Assembly: GCA_963678065.2 (NCBI GenBank)
Contig: CAXXVZ010000002.1
Location: forward strand, 64,001-128,000
Reading direction: 5' to 3'
Length of the DNA: 64,000 nt
DNA from: Treponemataceae bacterium
Lineage (GTDB): Bacteria; Spirochaetota; Spirochaetia; Treponematales; Rectinemataceae
Position 1 is the stretch's first letter. Each line of letters begins with the position of its first letter. Shown here in pieces: positions 30,257 to 40,114 of this stretch. The notes below the pieces were generated by a model. It was given only the letters and a program-made list of their open reading frames with translations. It had not been told where the DNA came from and ran no database searches. The translations under genes were made by a program, and so were the position numbers.

Positions 30257-30283
30257 CCTGTTACGCATTTCATGCGTAACAGG
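30257..30283. promoter_or_regulatory. Putative operator (12-bp perfect IR)
   Basis: CCTGTTACGCAT-TTC-ATGCGTAACAGG in the divergent intergenic region. Confidence 0.6.
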
Positions 30284-30346
30284 CATTTATACGCAGAACA
30301 AGATGGCCATCCCGCGCTGCACGGGCCGAGAATCGGAGGAAGCAGA

Positions 30347-31315
30347 ATGGACATGGCAAGCCAACGCCACAGATTGAGGCAAAAAGATCTCGTCGCCATG
30401 ATATTCGTCCTCTTTTCGGAGGAATACGACAGGACGGGAGCGGATTCCATATCCGACATCGAAATTCCCATGACCAGGGTCCGCGGTTATCTGGGAAACA
30501 AAGTCGGAATCAAGTACTCGAGCGATGCCTGGATAGCTACCCAGATCCACAAGTACGAGGAGGAGCTGGGATCGCGCCTCTTCAGGCGCAGTGAAGGGCC
30601 GGAGGGACCCTCCCTGGGGCTCTGCAGGGACCTCGACACCTACGCCCAGAAGCGCCATCTCTACATCACGCAGAAAATACGGGCGGCAAACGGCGTCTTC
30701 GACCTCATCCGGAACGCCCGCGGCGAATTCCCCGAACGCGACACTGTCCGCATCCTCCTCGAGGCGGGAAGCACGGTCACGCGCGTGGCCGAGATCATCG
30801 CCGAAAACCTGCCGGAGCTGGACTGGCGCTGGGATATCTCGACCCACAATCTCGGGGTCATCGAGTGTCTCGGAAAGACCGGCCCCGGATTCGAGCGCGT
30901 GAAGATATCCGTGCCCGAGGGGCGCTTTGACCCGGCGACAAACCTCATCCTCGGAGACAGGCTCGATCTGTACACGAGGCAGTCCTTCGACTGGATCATC
31001 CAGGGAACCTCCTTCCTGTCGGGAGGCAGGCTCTTCGTCGAACGCCCCTACGAAGCCTCGGTGAAATCGCAAATCCTCCACGACTGTTCGGGCGTGAAAG
31101 TCCTGGTGCTCACAGGGCACGAGGTCGCGGGGCACCCTCCCGCCGGAATCACGAGTTTCGGATCCATCGGCGATTTCGACTACATCGTTCACCCCTCCCT
31201 GCCCGAAGCCTCCACGGCCTACCGCAGACTCGCCGGCGAGACCCGGTCGGGAGAAGCGAGGCTTTCCGTCTTCATCAGAAACTGGAGCTACGAAATCCAG
31301 AAAATCAGCCGATAA
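30347..31315 (+). CDS. DeoR-like regulator (C-terminal sensor domain, atypical N-terminus)
   Basis: QKIRAA..DLI, ILLEAGSTV, ISTHNL, EASVKSQIL, IGDFDYI resemble the DeoR sensor domain; GGAGG RBS. Confidence 0.65.
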   Translation: MDMASQRHRLRQKDLVAMIFVLFSEEYDRTGADSISDIEIPMTRVRGYLGNKVGIKYSSDAWIATQIHKYEEELGSRLFRRSEGPEGPSLGLCRDLDTYAQKRHLYITQKIRAANGVFDLIRNARGEFPERDTVRILLEAGSTVTRVAEIIAENLPELDWRWDISTHNLGVIECLGKTGPGFERVKISVPEGRFDPATNLILGDRLDLYTRQSFDWIIQGTSFLSGGRLFVERPYEASVKSQILHDCSGVKVLVLTGHEVAGHPPAGITSFGSIGDFDYIVHPSLPEASTAYRRLAGETRSGEARLSVFIRNWSYEIQKISR

Positions 31316-31347
31316 TCGGAGCTCCGCCCGCGCAGGCGGACCTTCGC

Positions 31348-32592
31348 CTAGAGTGTCTGACCCGCCCCGGTCCCGTCTGGGTCCCGGAGAGCGCCCGCCG
31401 TCCTCTCGAATGTCCCCGCGACCACGGAGAGCCCATCGCGGACGAGGATCTTCCCGCGGGCGACGACGAGGGAGGGCTCGAGTCCTGAGTCCAGGGCGAC
31501 GAAATCTGCGTCGGCCCCCGCGCCGATCCTGCCCTTGCGGCCGAGCTTCAGGATGGCCGCGGGCGAGGAGGTGATGGGCAGGAGCGCCAACTCGAGCGAG
31601 AGCCCGAGTCCGAACACGGCCTCCTTCAGCGCGCCTGCGAGGCTGGAACAGGTCCCCACGCCGAGTCCCGCGAAGCGGCCCGCTTCGTCGAAGATGGGAA
31701 GGCTGCCCTGCCCGTCCGAGCTGAAGGTCATGCGGCCGGCGGGAACACCCTCTCTGAGGAAGCGCGCGTAGGCTCGCGCCGCGGAAATCCCGTTTTCTTC
31801 CTTATTATTTGCGACTTTGCTCGTCGTGAAGTCGACGAATCCGCCTGAGCGCGCCCAGGCGAGGGACTTTTCCAGCACGGCCGGAGTCCTGCCACAGTGC
31901 GTGGGCAGAAACTGTGTCCTCGGTATGTCACCGGCAGCGACGACAGCCTCGAGAGGATCGAGACAGGCGGGTGCGTCGCCCAGATGGACATTGACGATGC
32001 CGGCCTTGCCGGAGAGCATGCCGCCGATCCGCGCCTGGCTCGCGATCCGCGCTATTTCGTCCACGGTCGGCCTGGAGGAGCGGTGGTCGGAGATGGCCAA
32101 CTCGCCGATTCCGATGACGGGCTCGATCATCATGATGTCGCGGTCGGCCTCGCCGGTGATAGTCCGCAGCGGCACGCGGTACGAGCCCGTGTAGCACCAG
32201 GCGGAGAGCCCCTCCTCCCTGAGCGCGTAGATCTTCGCGACGAGTGCCTCCATGCTCCGCGCCGTCCCGTCCGTCCCGAGGACACCGACGAGGGTGGTGA
32301 CGCCCGCCCGGGCGGTTTCGCCGAAGGAGAGCTCCGGTGTGCGCGTGCGGAAGCCGCCCTCCCCGCCTCCGCCCGTCACGTGGACATGGCCGTCGACGAA
32401 GCCGGGGACGAGGCGCATGCCGCCCAGGTCGAGTGTCTCGCAGGGGGCCGGAAGCGTATCGGGATCGATGCCGGCTCCCGCTGTGGCCAAAACCGGCACG
32501 AGGGCGACGACGCTGCCGGCGGCGATGAGAACATCGCAGACTCCGAGCGGCGAGGGAGCGTAGACATCGGCATTTTTCAGAAGCAAAAACAT
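31348..32592 (-). CDS. iadA: Isoaspartyl dipeptidase (beta-aspartyl peptidase)
   Basis: DGHVHVTGGGGEGG, LGTDG, GSY, GELAISDHRSS, PTH, SSDGQGSLP. Confidence 0.96.
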   Translation of the reverse strand: MFLLLKNADVYAPSPLGVCDVLIAAGSVVALVPVLATAGAGIDPDTLPAPCETLDLGGMRLVPGFVDGHVHVTGGGGEGGFRTRTPELSFGETARAGVTTLVGVLGTDGTARSMEALVAKIYALREEGLSAWCYTGSYRVPLRTITGEADRDIMMIEPVIGIGELAISDHRSSRPTVDEIARIASQARIGGMLSGKAGIVNVHLGDAPACLDPLEAVVAAGDIPRTQFLPTHCGRTPAVLEKSLAWARSGGFVDFTTSKVANNKEENGISAARAYARFLREGVPAGRMTFSSDGQGSLPIFDEAGRFAGLGVGTCSSLAGALKEAVFGLGLSLELALLPITSSPAAILKLGRKGRIGAGADADFVALDSGLEPSLVVARGKILVRDGLSVVAGTFERTAGALRDPDGTGAGQTL

Positions 32593-32739
32593 GGCAGCGT
32601 CCTTTGTGCAAAGATTCTGTCGGCGCCGCGCGCGTGGGCGTCGTGCCGGCGCCGGCAGGGCGCAGACTGTCCGATACACCTCATTTCCCGGGAGCAATCG
32701 GCCGATACCTATGGTATCATAGGCCCGGAGGGCAGGGAC

Positions 32740-33459
32740 ATGACACAGTACATCGACGACGACACGCTCGCGAGGGCCGGCGCGGATGTGGCGGAAAGTT
32801 TCCATCTTCCCAAAATCCCCGTAAAGAATCCCGAACTCATCGCTCTCGTCACGACGGTGACGAAGCTCGCCGAAGCCCGCGATCACGAGCCCGGAAAACA
32901 CATTGAGCGGATACAGTACTTCTGCAGAATGCTCGCCCTCGAATTGCGCAAGAAGCCCGAATACCGCGACCTGATCGACGATACCTACCTCGAAAACATC
33001 TTCGTCGCGAGCTCCTTCCACGACATCGGCAAGATAGCCATCCCCGACGCCATCCTCTTCAAGCCCGCCAGCCTCGATCCCGAGGAATTCGAGATCATCA
33101 AGACCCACTCCGTCATCGGCATGAACTACCTCAAGATGGCCGCGACGGCCTTCCCCGAGTGCTCCCTTCTGAGCATGGCCGTGGACATCGCGGGATACCA
33201 CCACGAAAAATGGGACGGCACAGGCTACCCCGAAGGCCTCGCGGGCGATGACATCCCCCTCTCGGCGCGCATCATGTCCGTGGCCGACGTCTACGACGCC
33301 CTGCGCTCCAAGCGCATCTACAAGGACGCCTACTCCGACGAGATCAGCACACAGATCATCCGCAACGGCCGCGGCAAGCACTTCGACCCCGACGTCACCC
33401 AGGCCTTTCTCACGATAAAGGGAGAACTCGGCGTCATCACGGATTCGATGTTCGAGTGA
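32740..33459 (+). CDS. Stand-alone HD-GYP phosphodiesterase
   Basis: HDIGKI, HHEKWDGTGYP, ADVYDAL, HFDP. Confidence 0.93.
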   Translation: MTQYIDDDTLARAGADVAESFHLPKIPVKNPELIALVTTVTKLAEARDHEPGKHIERIQYFCRMLALELRKKPEYRDLIDDTYLENIFVASSFHDIGKIAIPDAILFKPASLDPEEFEIIKTHSVIGMNYLKMAATAFPECSLLSMAVDIAGYHHEKWDGTGYPEGLAGDDIPLSARIMSVADVYDALRSKRIYKDAYSDEISTQIIRNGRGKHFDPDVTQAFLTIKGELGVITDSMFE

Positions 33460-33601
33460 AAGGCAAGCTGGTTTCCGGCCGACGCTCCGCCCGCCCTGCA
33501 TCCGTCCTGACGGGCGAAGGTCATTGCGGATCACGGGTTCGGAAGAGTATATTTTGAGCCAGACCCGGCAGGGGGCGCCACCGGGAGACGAGGACGGCGC
33601 C

Positions 33602-34570
33602 ATGAAGACCGACCTGGCGCGACCAAGGACTGAGGGTGCGCCGGGCGACCCGGACGGCACATTGGTGCAGAACGAAACCACAACTATCATCGAGTCGTTG
33701 CGCAGCCTCTCGGACCGTACGGAAGAACTGTCGCGCATCCGCGTCGCCCTCGAATCCGTCCTGGCCCGCAACTCGGTTTTCGTGATTCTCTTCGACTCTT
33801 CGCTGCGCGTCAAATCCCATACGCTGCCAATCGCGAAAGGAGCCGCCGATCTTCGTGACTTCCGGACCTATGTGGGGGATGGTCTTCTGGCCACGATACG
33901 CGAGTCCATCACAAGAGGAGGGCAGGAGCCGGGCGAACTCATGTTCGAGGGTCTGTGCGAAGGCCGGACCGATCTGGATTTCGCCTTGTACAGAACCCAG
34001 GCCGACCCGCCGCTCTACGCGCTCCAGCTCGGTTCCGCCCCGAACGAAAAATCCACAAGCGCCGAGTTCGAGGAAATCTGGGACAAGACGAGCGACCACC
34101 TCGCCGATATGCAGCGACTCGTATCCGCCCTGGATGGCATACGCCGGCTTGATCCGAAGGTGAACGACGAAGCGCTGCACAGGGAAATCCGCGAGAAGCG
34201 GCTGCCCGAACTCATGCGGCTCAAGCAGAAGGTCGCCGATCCTGTGCTCTCCCTCTGCCTGGGCATCATCGAAAAAAATCTTCTCGATATTCTGTCGCCC
34301 GGCCCCTCGGAGATGCCGCAGGCCGTCTACACCAGACTGACCCCATCGGAGTTGCAGATCGCCGAGTTCATCCGCATGGGAAAATCCACCAAGGATATCG
34401 CGGATGCGCTGGACATCGCGGCCAAAACGGTGGAGAACCACCGCAACAATCTGCGGGAAAAGCTGGGCCTCCGGAATATGGGCGTGAACCTGCGGTCGTA
34501 CCTGATCCAGCTCGAGAAGGGCGGCTCAAGCGTGGCAGGGGACGAACGCCCCGATCCCGACCGCGGTTGA
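33602..34570 (+). CDS. LuxR-type HTH transcriptional regulator
   Basis: LTPSELQIAEFIRMGKSTKDIA..TVENHRNNLREKLGL. Confidence 0.88.
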   Translation: MKTDLARPRTEGAPGDPDGTLVQNETTTIIESLRSLSDRTEELSRIRVALESVLARNSVFVILFDSSLRVKSHTLPIAKGAADLRDFRTYVGDGLLATIRESITRGGQEPGELMFEGLCEGRTDLDFALYRTQADPPLYALQLGSAPNEKSTSAEFEEIWDKTSDHLADMQRLVSALDGIRRLDPKVNDEALHREIREKRLPELMRLKQKVADPVLSLCLGIIEKNLLDILSPGPSEMPQAVYTRLTPSELQIAEFIRMGKSTKDIADALDIAAKTVENHRNNLREKLGLRNMGVNLRSYLIQLEKGGSSVAGDERPDPDRG

Positions 34571-34573
34571 GCT

Positions 34574-36271
34574 TCAATCCTGGCGGTAGCGTACAGGCGA
34601 GCTGCCGCCGCGCTTCCCCGCGTGGAGGGCTCTCGCGGCGGCGCGGGCCGAGCAGGGTCTGCTCGAGAATGCGCAGAGATAGGCCTTGAGCCCCGAGTAG
34701 GTCCTCGCTTCATAGGGGCTCCGCAAACCCACCACAACGCACTTCTCAGGCGCCGCGGCCACAGTCCTGCGCACCAGGTCCTGCTGCGCCGAAGTTTCGA
34801 AATCCTCTCCCGGCAGCGGATAGTCCTCTGTCACGAGCACGAGCCGGGCAGCCTTCGAGGCAAAGTCCATCGTGGAGGAAAATTCGTCGAATTCCACGAA
34901 TACAGCCTTCGGGCGCAGTGCGGAGAGCTCCTGTCTGAAGGCGTCGAAGGCGGCCTCCGACTGATTCGGACCGATGCCGCGGGGATTCATGACACGCGGA
35001 TACGAGGACCGCGGTGTCGCGTTGACGTAGAGCACGTTCTCGATGTCGGGAACGGGCCACACCCGATCTTCATCGATCAACAGCGCGCAGGCTTCCTCCG
35101 CGACAGTCTTCTCTATGGATTTCGCGTCCCACACACCGTTTCGCTGCACACCGTTTGGCTGCGCACCGTTCGATCGCACACCGTTCGGCCACACACCGTT
35201 CAGCCGGGCGGCGGGGGATGCCGCACGGAGCCTCGCGGACAGGATGCGTTCGAGCTTCTTCATCACTTCGACCGCGGGCAATCGCCCCGATACGATGGCC
35301 GCCTCGACGGCGCGGATCGTCGCCTTCTGCGTCTCGAGGTAGGCGCCGGTATGGTCGTAGTGCTCTTCGGAGAGCATGACTATGTCGACGCCCGCTTCCA
35401 GCGCCAGGATGGCGGCCTCGCCCGGAGAGTAGTTCTTGCGTATCGCCCCCATATTCATGCTGTCGGAGAGGATCAAGCCTTGGAAACCCATGTCCCGCCG
35501 CAACACGTCCTTGAGGATGATGCCCGAGAGGGTGGCCGGATTGACCGGATCGAGAGCGGGGAAAAGTATATGCGAAGTCATCACCACGTCCGCCCCGGCG
35601 TCGATTCCCGCGCGGAACGGAAGGAAATCCCCCGCCTCCAGCTGATCCCGGGATTTGTCCACGACAGGGATGCTCCGATGCGTGTCCACATGGGTCGAGC
35701 CGTGCCCCGGGAAGTGCTTGACCGTGGTCAGGATACCCGATTCCGCCGCTCCGCGCACGGCTGCGGCCACGCGCGCCGCCACCTCCGCGGGTTTTTCCCC
35801 GAAGGACCGCGTGCCGATTATGGGTGAATCGGGATCGGTGTTCACGTCCGCGCAGGGCGCGAGGAGGAGGGTGAATCCGGCCTCCACCATCTCCTGGCCC
35901 ATAACCCGGTACATGTCTCCGGTGCGCCCGGGGGGCAGGGCGCCGAGAGCCAGGTTGCCCGGGCCTGTCGTCGATTCAGGCACCAATACTCCCCAGGCCC
36001 CTTCCTGGTCCACGCCGAGAAGAAGAGGGGCTCCGGGAGTCCGCGCCCGCGCCGCGGCGTTGAGCGCATCGGTGAGCCTGCGCGCGTCCCCGAACGTGGT
36101 GGCATTGTCCTGGCTCAGATAGCAGCCGCAGAGGTTGTACTCTTCGATCATGGGCAGGGCGAGGGCCGGATCTCCGCCCGGGAATGCCAGCAGGAAGAGC
36201 TGGCCTGCCTTTTCCTTCGGCGACCAGTGCGCTACCGCATCGAGGGCAGCGGCGAGTCTGCGTTCCATCAT
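34574..36271 (-). CDS. Glycoside hydrolase family 3 (NagZ-like, two-domain)
   Basis: VDQEG, APCAD, RSFG, KHFPGHG-x4-DTH, MTSH, SDSMNM. Confidence 0.9.
   Translation of the reverse strand: MMERRLAAALDAVAHWSPKEKAGQLFLLAFPGGDPALALPMIEEYNLCGCYLSQDNATTFGDARRLTDALNAAARARTPGAPLLLGVDQEGAWGVLVPESTTGPGNLALGALPPGRTGDMYRVMGQEMVEAGFTLLLAPCADVNTDPDSPIIGTRSFGEKPAEVAARVAAAVRGAAESGILTTVKHFPGHGSTHVDTHRSIPVVDKSRDQLEAGDFLPFRAGIDAGADVVMTSHILFPALDPVNPATLSGIILKDVLRRDMGFQGLILSDSMNMGAIRKNYSPGEAAILALEAGVDIVMLSEEHYDHTGAYLETQKATIRAVEAAIVSGRLPAVEVMKKLERILSARLRAASPAARLNGVWPNGVRSNGAQPNGVQRNGVWDAKSIEKTVAEEACALLIDEDRVWPVPDIENVLYVNATPRSSYPRVMNPRGIGPNQSEAAFDAFRQELSALRPKAVFVEFDEFSSTMDFASKAARLVLVTEDYPLPGEDFETSAQQDLVRRTVAAAPEKCVVVGLRSPYEARTYSGLKAYLCAFSSRPCSARAAARALHAGKRGGSSPVRYRQD
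35129..35203 (-). repeat. In-frame 15-bp tandem repeat x5 inside GH3 gene
   Basis: Five units with CACCGTT core; encodes LNGVW-PNGVR-SNGAQ-PNGVQ-RNGVW. Confidence 0.9.
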
Positions 36272-37221
36272 CTACCCCTTTTCTCCCGCATGGTGAGCGA
36301 CACCGCGGCGATAATGATGATGCCGCGGGAGATGAGCTGCTGGTCCACCGAGAGTCCCATCAGGATCAGGCCATTGTTGAGAATGCCCATTATCAGGGCG
36401 CCTATGACGGATCCGAATACCGATCCTTTTCCGCCGAACATGCTCGTCCCGCCGATGATCACCGCGGCGATGACGATCATCACCTCATTGTCGCCCAGGG
36501 TGTACCTCGCGCCGTGGAGTCTGCCCGTATACAGGATGCCAGCCAGGGCGGCGAGGAAGGAGTTGATCACCATCACGGAGAATTTGATCCTGTCGGTCTT
36601 GATGCCCGAATAGATGGCCGAGATCTTGTTTCCTCCCGTCGCCAGCACTTTCCGGCCGAAGGCGGTCTTCCGCAGCACCACCGCGCCGAATCCGGCGACG
36701 AGGATGGTCCACACGAAGAGGATCGGCACCGGGCCGATGTCCCCGGAGCCGAACAGGAAGGTATACGGATCGTTGTCCACCGGTATCGACTGCAGGCGGC
36801 TCATCCATCGGCCCACGCCGCTGACGATGCCGGTAGTTCCGAGGGTGACGAGGAAGGACGGTATGCCCACCCAGGCCACGAAGACGCCGTTGAAGGCGCC
36901 GACGGCGACGCCTGATCCGAGGCCCGCCAGAACCGACAGGACGATGCTCCCTGTCGCCCGGAGTGTCAGGGCCGACGAGAGCGCGGAGAGAGCCACGACG
37001 GCGCCGAAAGAAAGGTCTATCTCCGCGGCGCAGAGCACGAAGGTCATGCCCACCGACATGATGGCTATCATGGCAGTCTGGCGGGCGATGTTCATGAGGT
37101 TGTTGCCGCTCAGGAAACCCCTGTTGAACAGAATGACGGAAAAAAGGAGGAATATCCCTGCGAAAACGATGTAAACGACGGAATCCTTGAGTCGTTTTGC
37201 CTGAAGTGTCGCGATCGGCAT
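36268..37221 (-). CDS. Monosaccharide (ribose-type) ABC permease
   Basis: GMTFV..IDLS, IPSFLVTLG, FGRKVLATGGN, IAAVIIGGTSMFGGKG. Confidence 0.93.
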   Translation of the reverse strand: MPIATLQAKRLKDSVVYIVFAGIFLLFSVILFNRGFLSGNNLMNIARQTAMIAIMSVGMTFVLCAAEIDLSFGAVVALSALSSALTLRATGSIVLSVLAGLGSGVAVGAFNGVFVAWVGIPSFLVTLGTTGIVSGVGRWMSRLQSIPVDNDPYTFLFGSGDIGPVPILFVWTILVAGFGAVVLRKTAFGRKVLATGGNKISAIYSGIKTDRIKFSVMVINSFLAALAGILYTGRLHGARYTLGDNEVMIVIAAVIIGGTSMFGGKGSVFGSVIGALIMGILNNGLILMGLSVDQQLISRGIIIIAAVSLTMREKRGR

Positions 37222-37231
37222 GAATATTCTC

Positions 37232-38722
37232 CTATTGCACTATCTGCATAAGCCGGTCTTCGGTGAGGGATTCTTTCACCATGTCCGTGATCCGGCCTTT
37301 CTTCATTATATAAACGACATCGCAGAAATCGGCGATTTCGTTGAATTCCGATGACACGAACACGACTCCCCCGCCGGCCGCCGCGAACTCTCTGACAATT
37401 TTCATGATCTCGTGTTTGGCATGCAAGTCGACGCCGAAGGTGGGATCGTCCAGAAGCAGGATCTTCGCATCGCCCGAAAGGCATTTGGCCACGACGACTT
37501 TTTGCTGGTTTCCGCCCGAGAGGTATCGCACATGCTGGTTCCGGTCCGTGGTCTTGACGCCAAGATATTTGATGAAGTGATCAGCCATCCCGACGCTCTT
37601 GGCATTATCCAGCAAAAACCGGCCGCGCACTTTCTTCAGGACAGGAAGGACCATATTGTGTTCGATGGAAAAGTCAAGTATCAGCCCCTGTCGCCGCCTG
37701 TCTTCGGGCACGAGGGCGATGCCCGCGTTTTGCGCGTCCGCCGGGCTTCTGATCGAAACCTTCCTGCCATCTACTTCGATCCTGCCTGAGCGGATGCGGT
37801 CGCAGCCGAAGAGGGCGCGCAAGAGCTCCGTCCTGCCGCTCCCGAGCAAGCCGGCTATACCGACAACTTCGCCCGGATACACGCACAGCGACGCGTCTTC
37901 CACCGCATCGGTCTGCAGACCCTCCACAACGAAAAGGGGTTTCCCGGTTTCATCCCGTTGGGTTCTCTTCCATGCGCTGCCTGAACCGGAATTTCCTCCC
38001 ACCATCGCCGTCACGAGACGATCCAGCGAGGTCTGCGCAGTCGCGGCGGTGAGGACAGCCTTTCCATCCCTGAGCACCGTTACCCGGTCGCAGACGCGGA
38101 AAATATCCCTGAGATAGTGGGTGATGTAGACGATGGATATTCCTCTGTCCTTGAGACGCTTCATGACGGAGAACAGTATGTCGATTTCCGTGTTGGAAAG
38201 GGACGCGGTCGGTTCATCCAGGATCAGAATGCGGGGCTCGGTCGCCAGGGCCTTGGCGATTTCGACCAGTTGCTGCTGCCCGATGGATATGTCCCCGACC
38301 TTGGCGTCGGGGTGAATCGACTTGTCCACGCCGATCGACGCGAGCAGCTCGGCCGCGCGTTCGCGGGCTTTTCCGTCGTCCAGCAGCGGTCCCTTGCGGA
38401 AAGGATTCCGTGCGAGAAAGATGTTTTCCGACACGGAAAGTGTGGCGACGAGGCTCAAGTCCTGGTAGACCATCGCTACCCCGCCCGCGCGGGCTTCCTC
38501 CGGCGTCGCGAATGAGGAGGGTTTGCCGAACACCTTCAGCGTGCCCGAGTCCATGCGGTAGAGGCCATTCAGAATTTTCATCAGTGTCGATTTGCCGGCG
38601 CCGTTGGCGCCGACCAAGGCGTGGATTTCACCCGTTGCGAGCGTAAAATCCACACCGTCGAGAACAGGGACGCCATCGAATCCGATGCGCACATCTCTCG
38701 CCTCAATGGCGAAGTCCTTCAT
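37232..38722 (-). CDS. Monosaccharide ABC ATP-binding protein (tandem NBD, RbsA-type)
   Basis: GANGAGKST, LDEPT, GLLGSGRTE, PEDRR, LSGGNQQK. Confidence 0.94.
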   Translation of the reverse strand: MKDFAIEARDVRIGFDGVPVLDGVDFTLATGEIHALVGANGAGKSTLMKILNGLYRMDSGTLKVFGKPSSFATPEEARAGGVAMVYQDLSLVATLSVSENIFLARNPFRKGPLLDDGKARERAAELLASIGVDKSIHPDAKVGDISIGQQQLVEIAKALATEPRILILDEPTASLSNTEIDILFSVMKRLKDRGISIVYITHYLRDIFRVCDRVTVLRDGKAVLTAATAQTSLDRLVTAMVGGNSGSGSAWKRTQRDETGKPLFVVEGLQTDAVEDASLCVYPGEVVGIAGLLGSGRTELLRALFGCDRIRSGRIEVDGRKVSIRSPADAQNAGIALVPEDRRRQGLILDFSIEHNMVLPVLKKVRGRFLLDNAKSVGMADHFIKYLGVKTTDRNQHVRYLSGGNQQKVVVAKCLSGDAKILLLDDPTFGVDLHAKHEIMKIVREFAAAGGGVVFVSSEFNEIADFCDVVYIMKKGRITDMVKESLTEDRLMQIVQ

Positions 38723-38840
38723 CCGGTATTCTCCTTGACCGAGACCGCCAGCTACCAACGTGGGCAATCCCCCAGAGGCTTCGACCTGGTGGTGACAGTA
38801 TAAGCTAAATTCGGAACAGGCGAACAGAAAGCGTATCCGC

Positions 38841-38872
38841 GGCCGGCGGATCAGGAAGTCTTCCCGCCGGCC
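38841..38872. terminator. Stem-loop after the SBP gene
   Basis: GGCCGGCGG-N14-CCGCCGGCC. Confidence 0.45.
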
Positions 38873-38900
38873 ACAGACGCATGTCGTTTTTCCGCCACGA

Positions 38901-39974
38901 TCACTTCAGCGCGTTCAACACTTCCTTGGGCGCATCCCTGTTGAGCGATTTCTTCCACATTTCCCTGATGTTGGACTTGTCCACTTTGATCGCGGGAACG
39001 ACGACGAAGGGCGGCGTCTTTACCCCGATGGCGCTGAGGGCGCCCATGCGGGCGAGGGTCTCCCCGAGCGAGTACGGAAGATCCGCCACGATGCCGGCGA
39101 TGTTGCCGCCTTTTACCATGTCCATGGCGTTGTTGGCGCCGAGGTCCATGGTGAATACTTTGATGTCCTTGCGCCCGGCCGCGCGCGCCGCGGCGACGAC
39201 GCCTTCGGCGATTGTGTCCCACGGCGCATAGATCGCAGTGACGTTCGGATTCTGGGTGATGATGGCCGAAGCGATGGCCTCGCCGTCGTTCGGGTTCGCG
39301 ATACCTTTCTCGACCGCGATCTTGATGCCGGGATAGCGGGCCTGCAGGACGGTCTTTACGGCGCGGTCGCGCTGATTGGTCACATAGTAGTTCGCGTCAT
39401 GGTAGATGAGGGCAACGTTGCCCTTCCCGCCGAGAGTCGATCCCATCATCTCGGCGACGGCGTTGCCCATGCCGAACAGGTCGTCGGTCACGATTCCCGC
39501 GTAATCCCTGCCGTGGACGAAGTCGTTCGGCAAATTGCTGATGAGCACCACTTTGACGCCTTGATCGATGGCCTTGCGCAGGGCCACCGCGCCGGATACC
39601 GGGTCAATGACCAGGGTGACGATGATGTCCGGCTTCAGGGCCAGGGCCGTCTCGATGTCCGTCCTCTGTCTGTTGGAGTCCATCTCCGCGTCGGTGGTGA
39701 CCACAACCTCGACCCCGTAGGCGGCGAACACGCTCTTCGCGCCCGCCACGAGGGCGTTCGAGAAATCCGACGACTGGTGCATGAGAATGGCAGCCTTCAG
39801 ATGCCGGGCCCCGATCGTGGATTTTTCACTCGCACTGATCGTGATCTTGTCGTAGGACGTCGGTTCTTCTCCCTTGGGGCCGAGGGTCTTCATCAGAGAG
39901 GCCTGGGCGGCCTGGCCGAATGCGGCTGCCACAACCAGGACGAAAAGCATCAACACGGAAATCGCCTTCTTCAT
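38901..39974 (-). CDS. Monosaccharide ABC substrate-binding protein (RbsB-type)
   Basis: Signal peptide ...VAAAFG; periplasmic binding protein type 1 pattern; GGAGGT RBS. Confidence 0.9.
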   Translation of the reverse strand: MKKAISVLMLFVLVVAAAFGQAAQASLMKTLGPKGEEPTSYDKITISASEKSTIGARHLKAAILMHQSSDFSNALVAGAKSVFAAYGVEVVVTTDAEMDSNRQRTDIETALALKPDIIVTLVIDPVSGAVALRKAIDQGVKVVLISNLPNDFVHGRDYAGIVTDDLFGMGNAVAEMMGSTLGGKGNVALIYHDANYYVTNQRDRAVKTVLQARYPGIKIAVEKGIANPNDGEAIASAIITQNPNVTAIYAPWDTIAEGVVAAARAAGRKDIKVFTMDLGANNAMDMVKGGNIAGIVADLPYSLGETLARMGALSAIGVKTPPFVVVPAIKVDKSNIREMWKKSLNRDAPKEVLNALK

Positions 39975-40004
39975 GCAACACCTCCATATGAGTGAAATAT
40001 AGGT

Positions 40005-40033
40005 ACTTTATGACAATTTCTGCGATCTGTCAA
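40005..40033 (-). promoter_or_regulatory. Promoter of ribose-type ABC operon with overlapping IR
   Basis: TTGACA-N17-TAAAGT; TGACA-N12-TGTCA at 40011-40032. Confidence 0.65.
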
Positions 40034-40114
40034 CAAAAACATTCATATTATACTCATAACAGCGAGATGCTCCGCGACAATGGACAGAGTGTTTTCTATG
40101 ATTCCGGAGAAATA

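Noticed and set aside
31348..33813. 821-aa ORF suggesting an iadA fusion
   Set aside because: The extension is the antisense of HD-GYP; IadA homology starts at ATG 32592.
35129..35203. Possible CRISPR array
   Set aside because: 15-bp period, no unique spacers, in-frame in a CDS, no cas genes.
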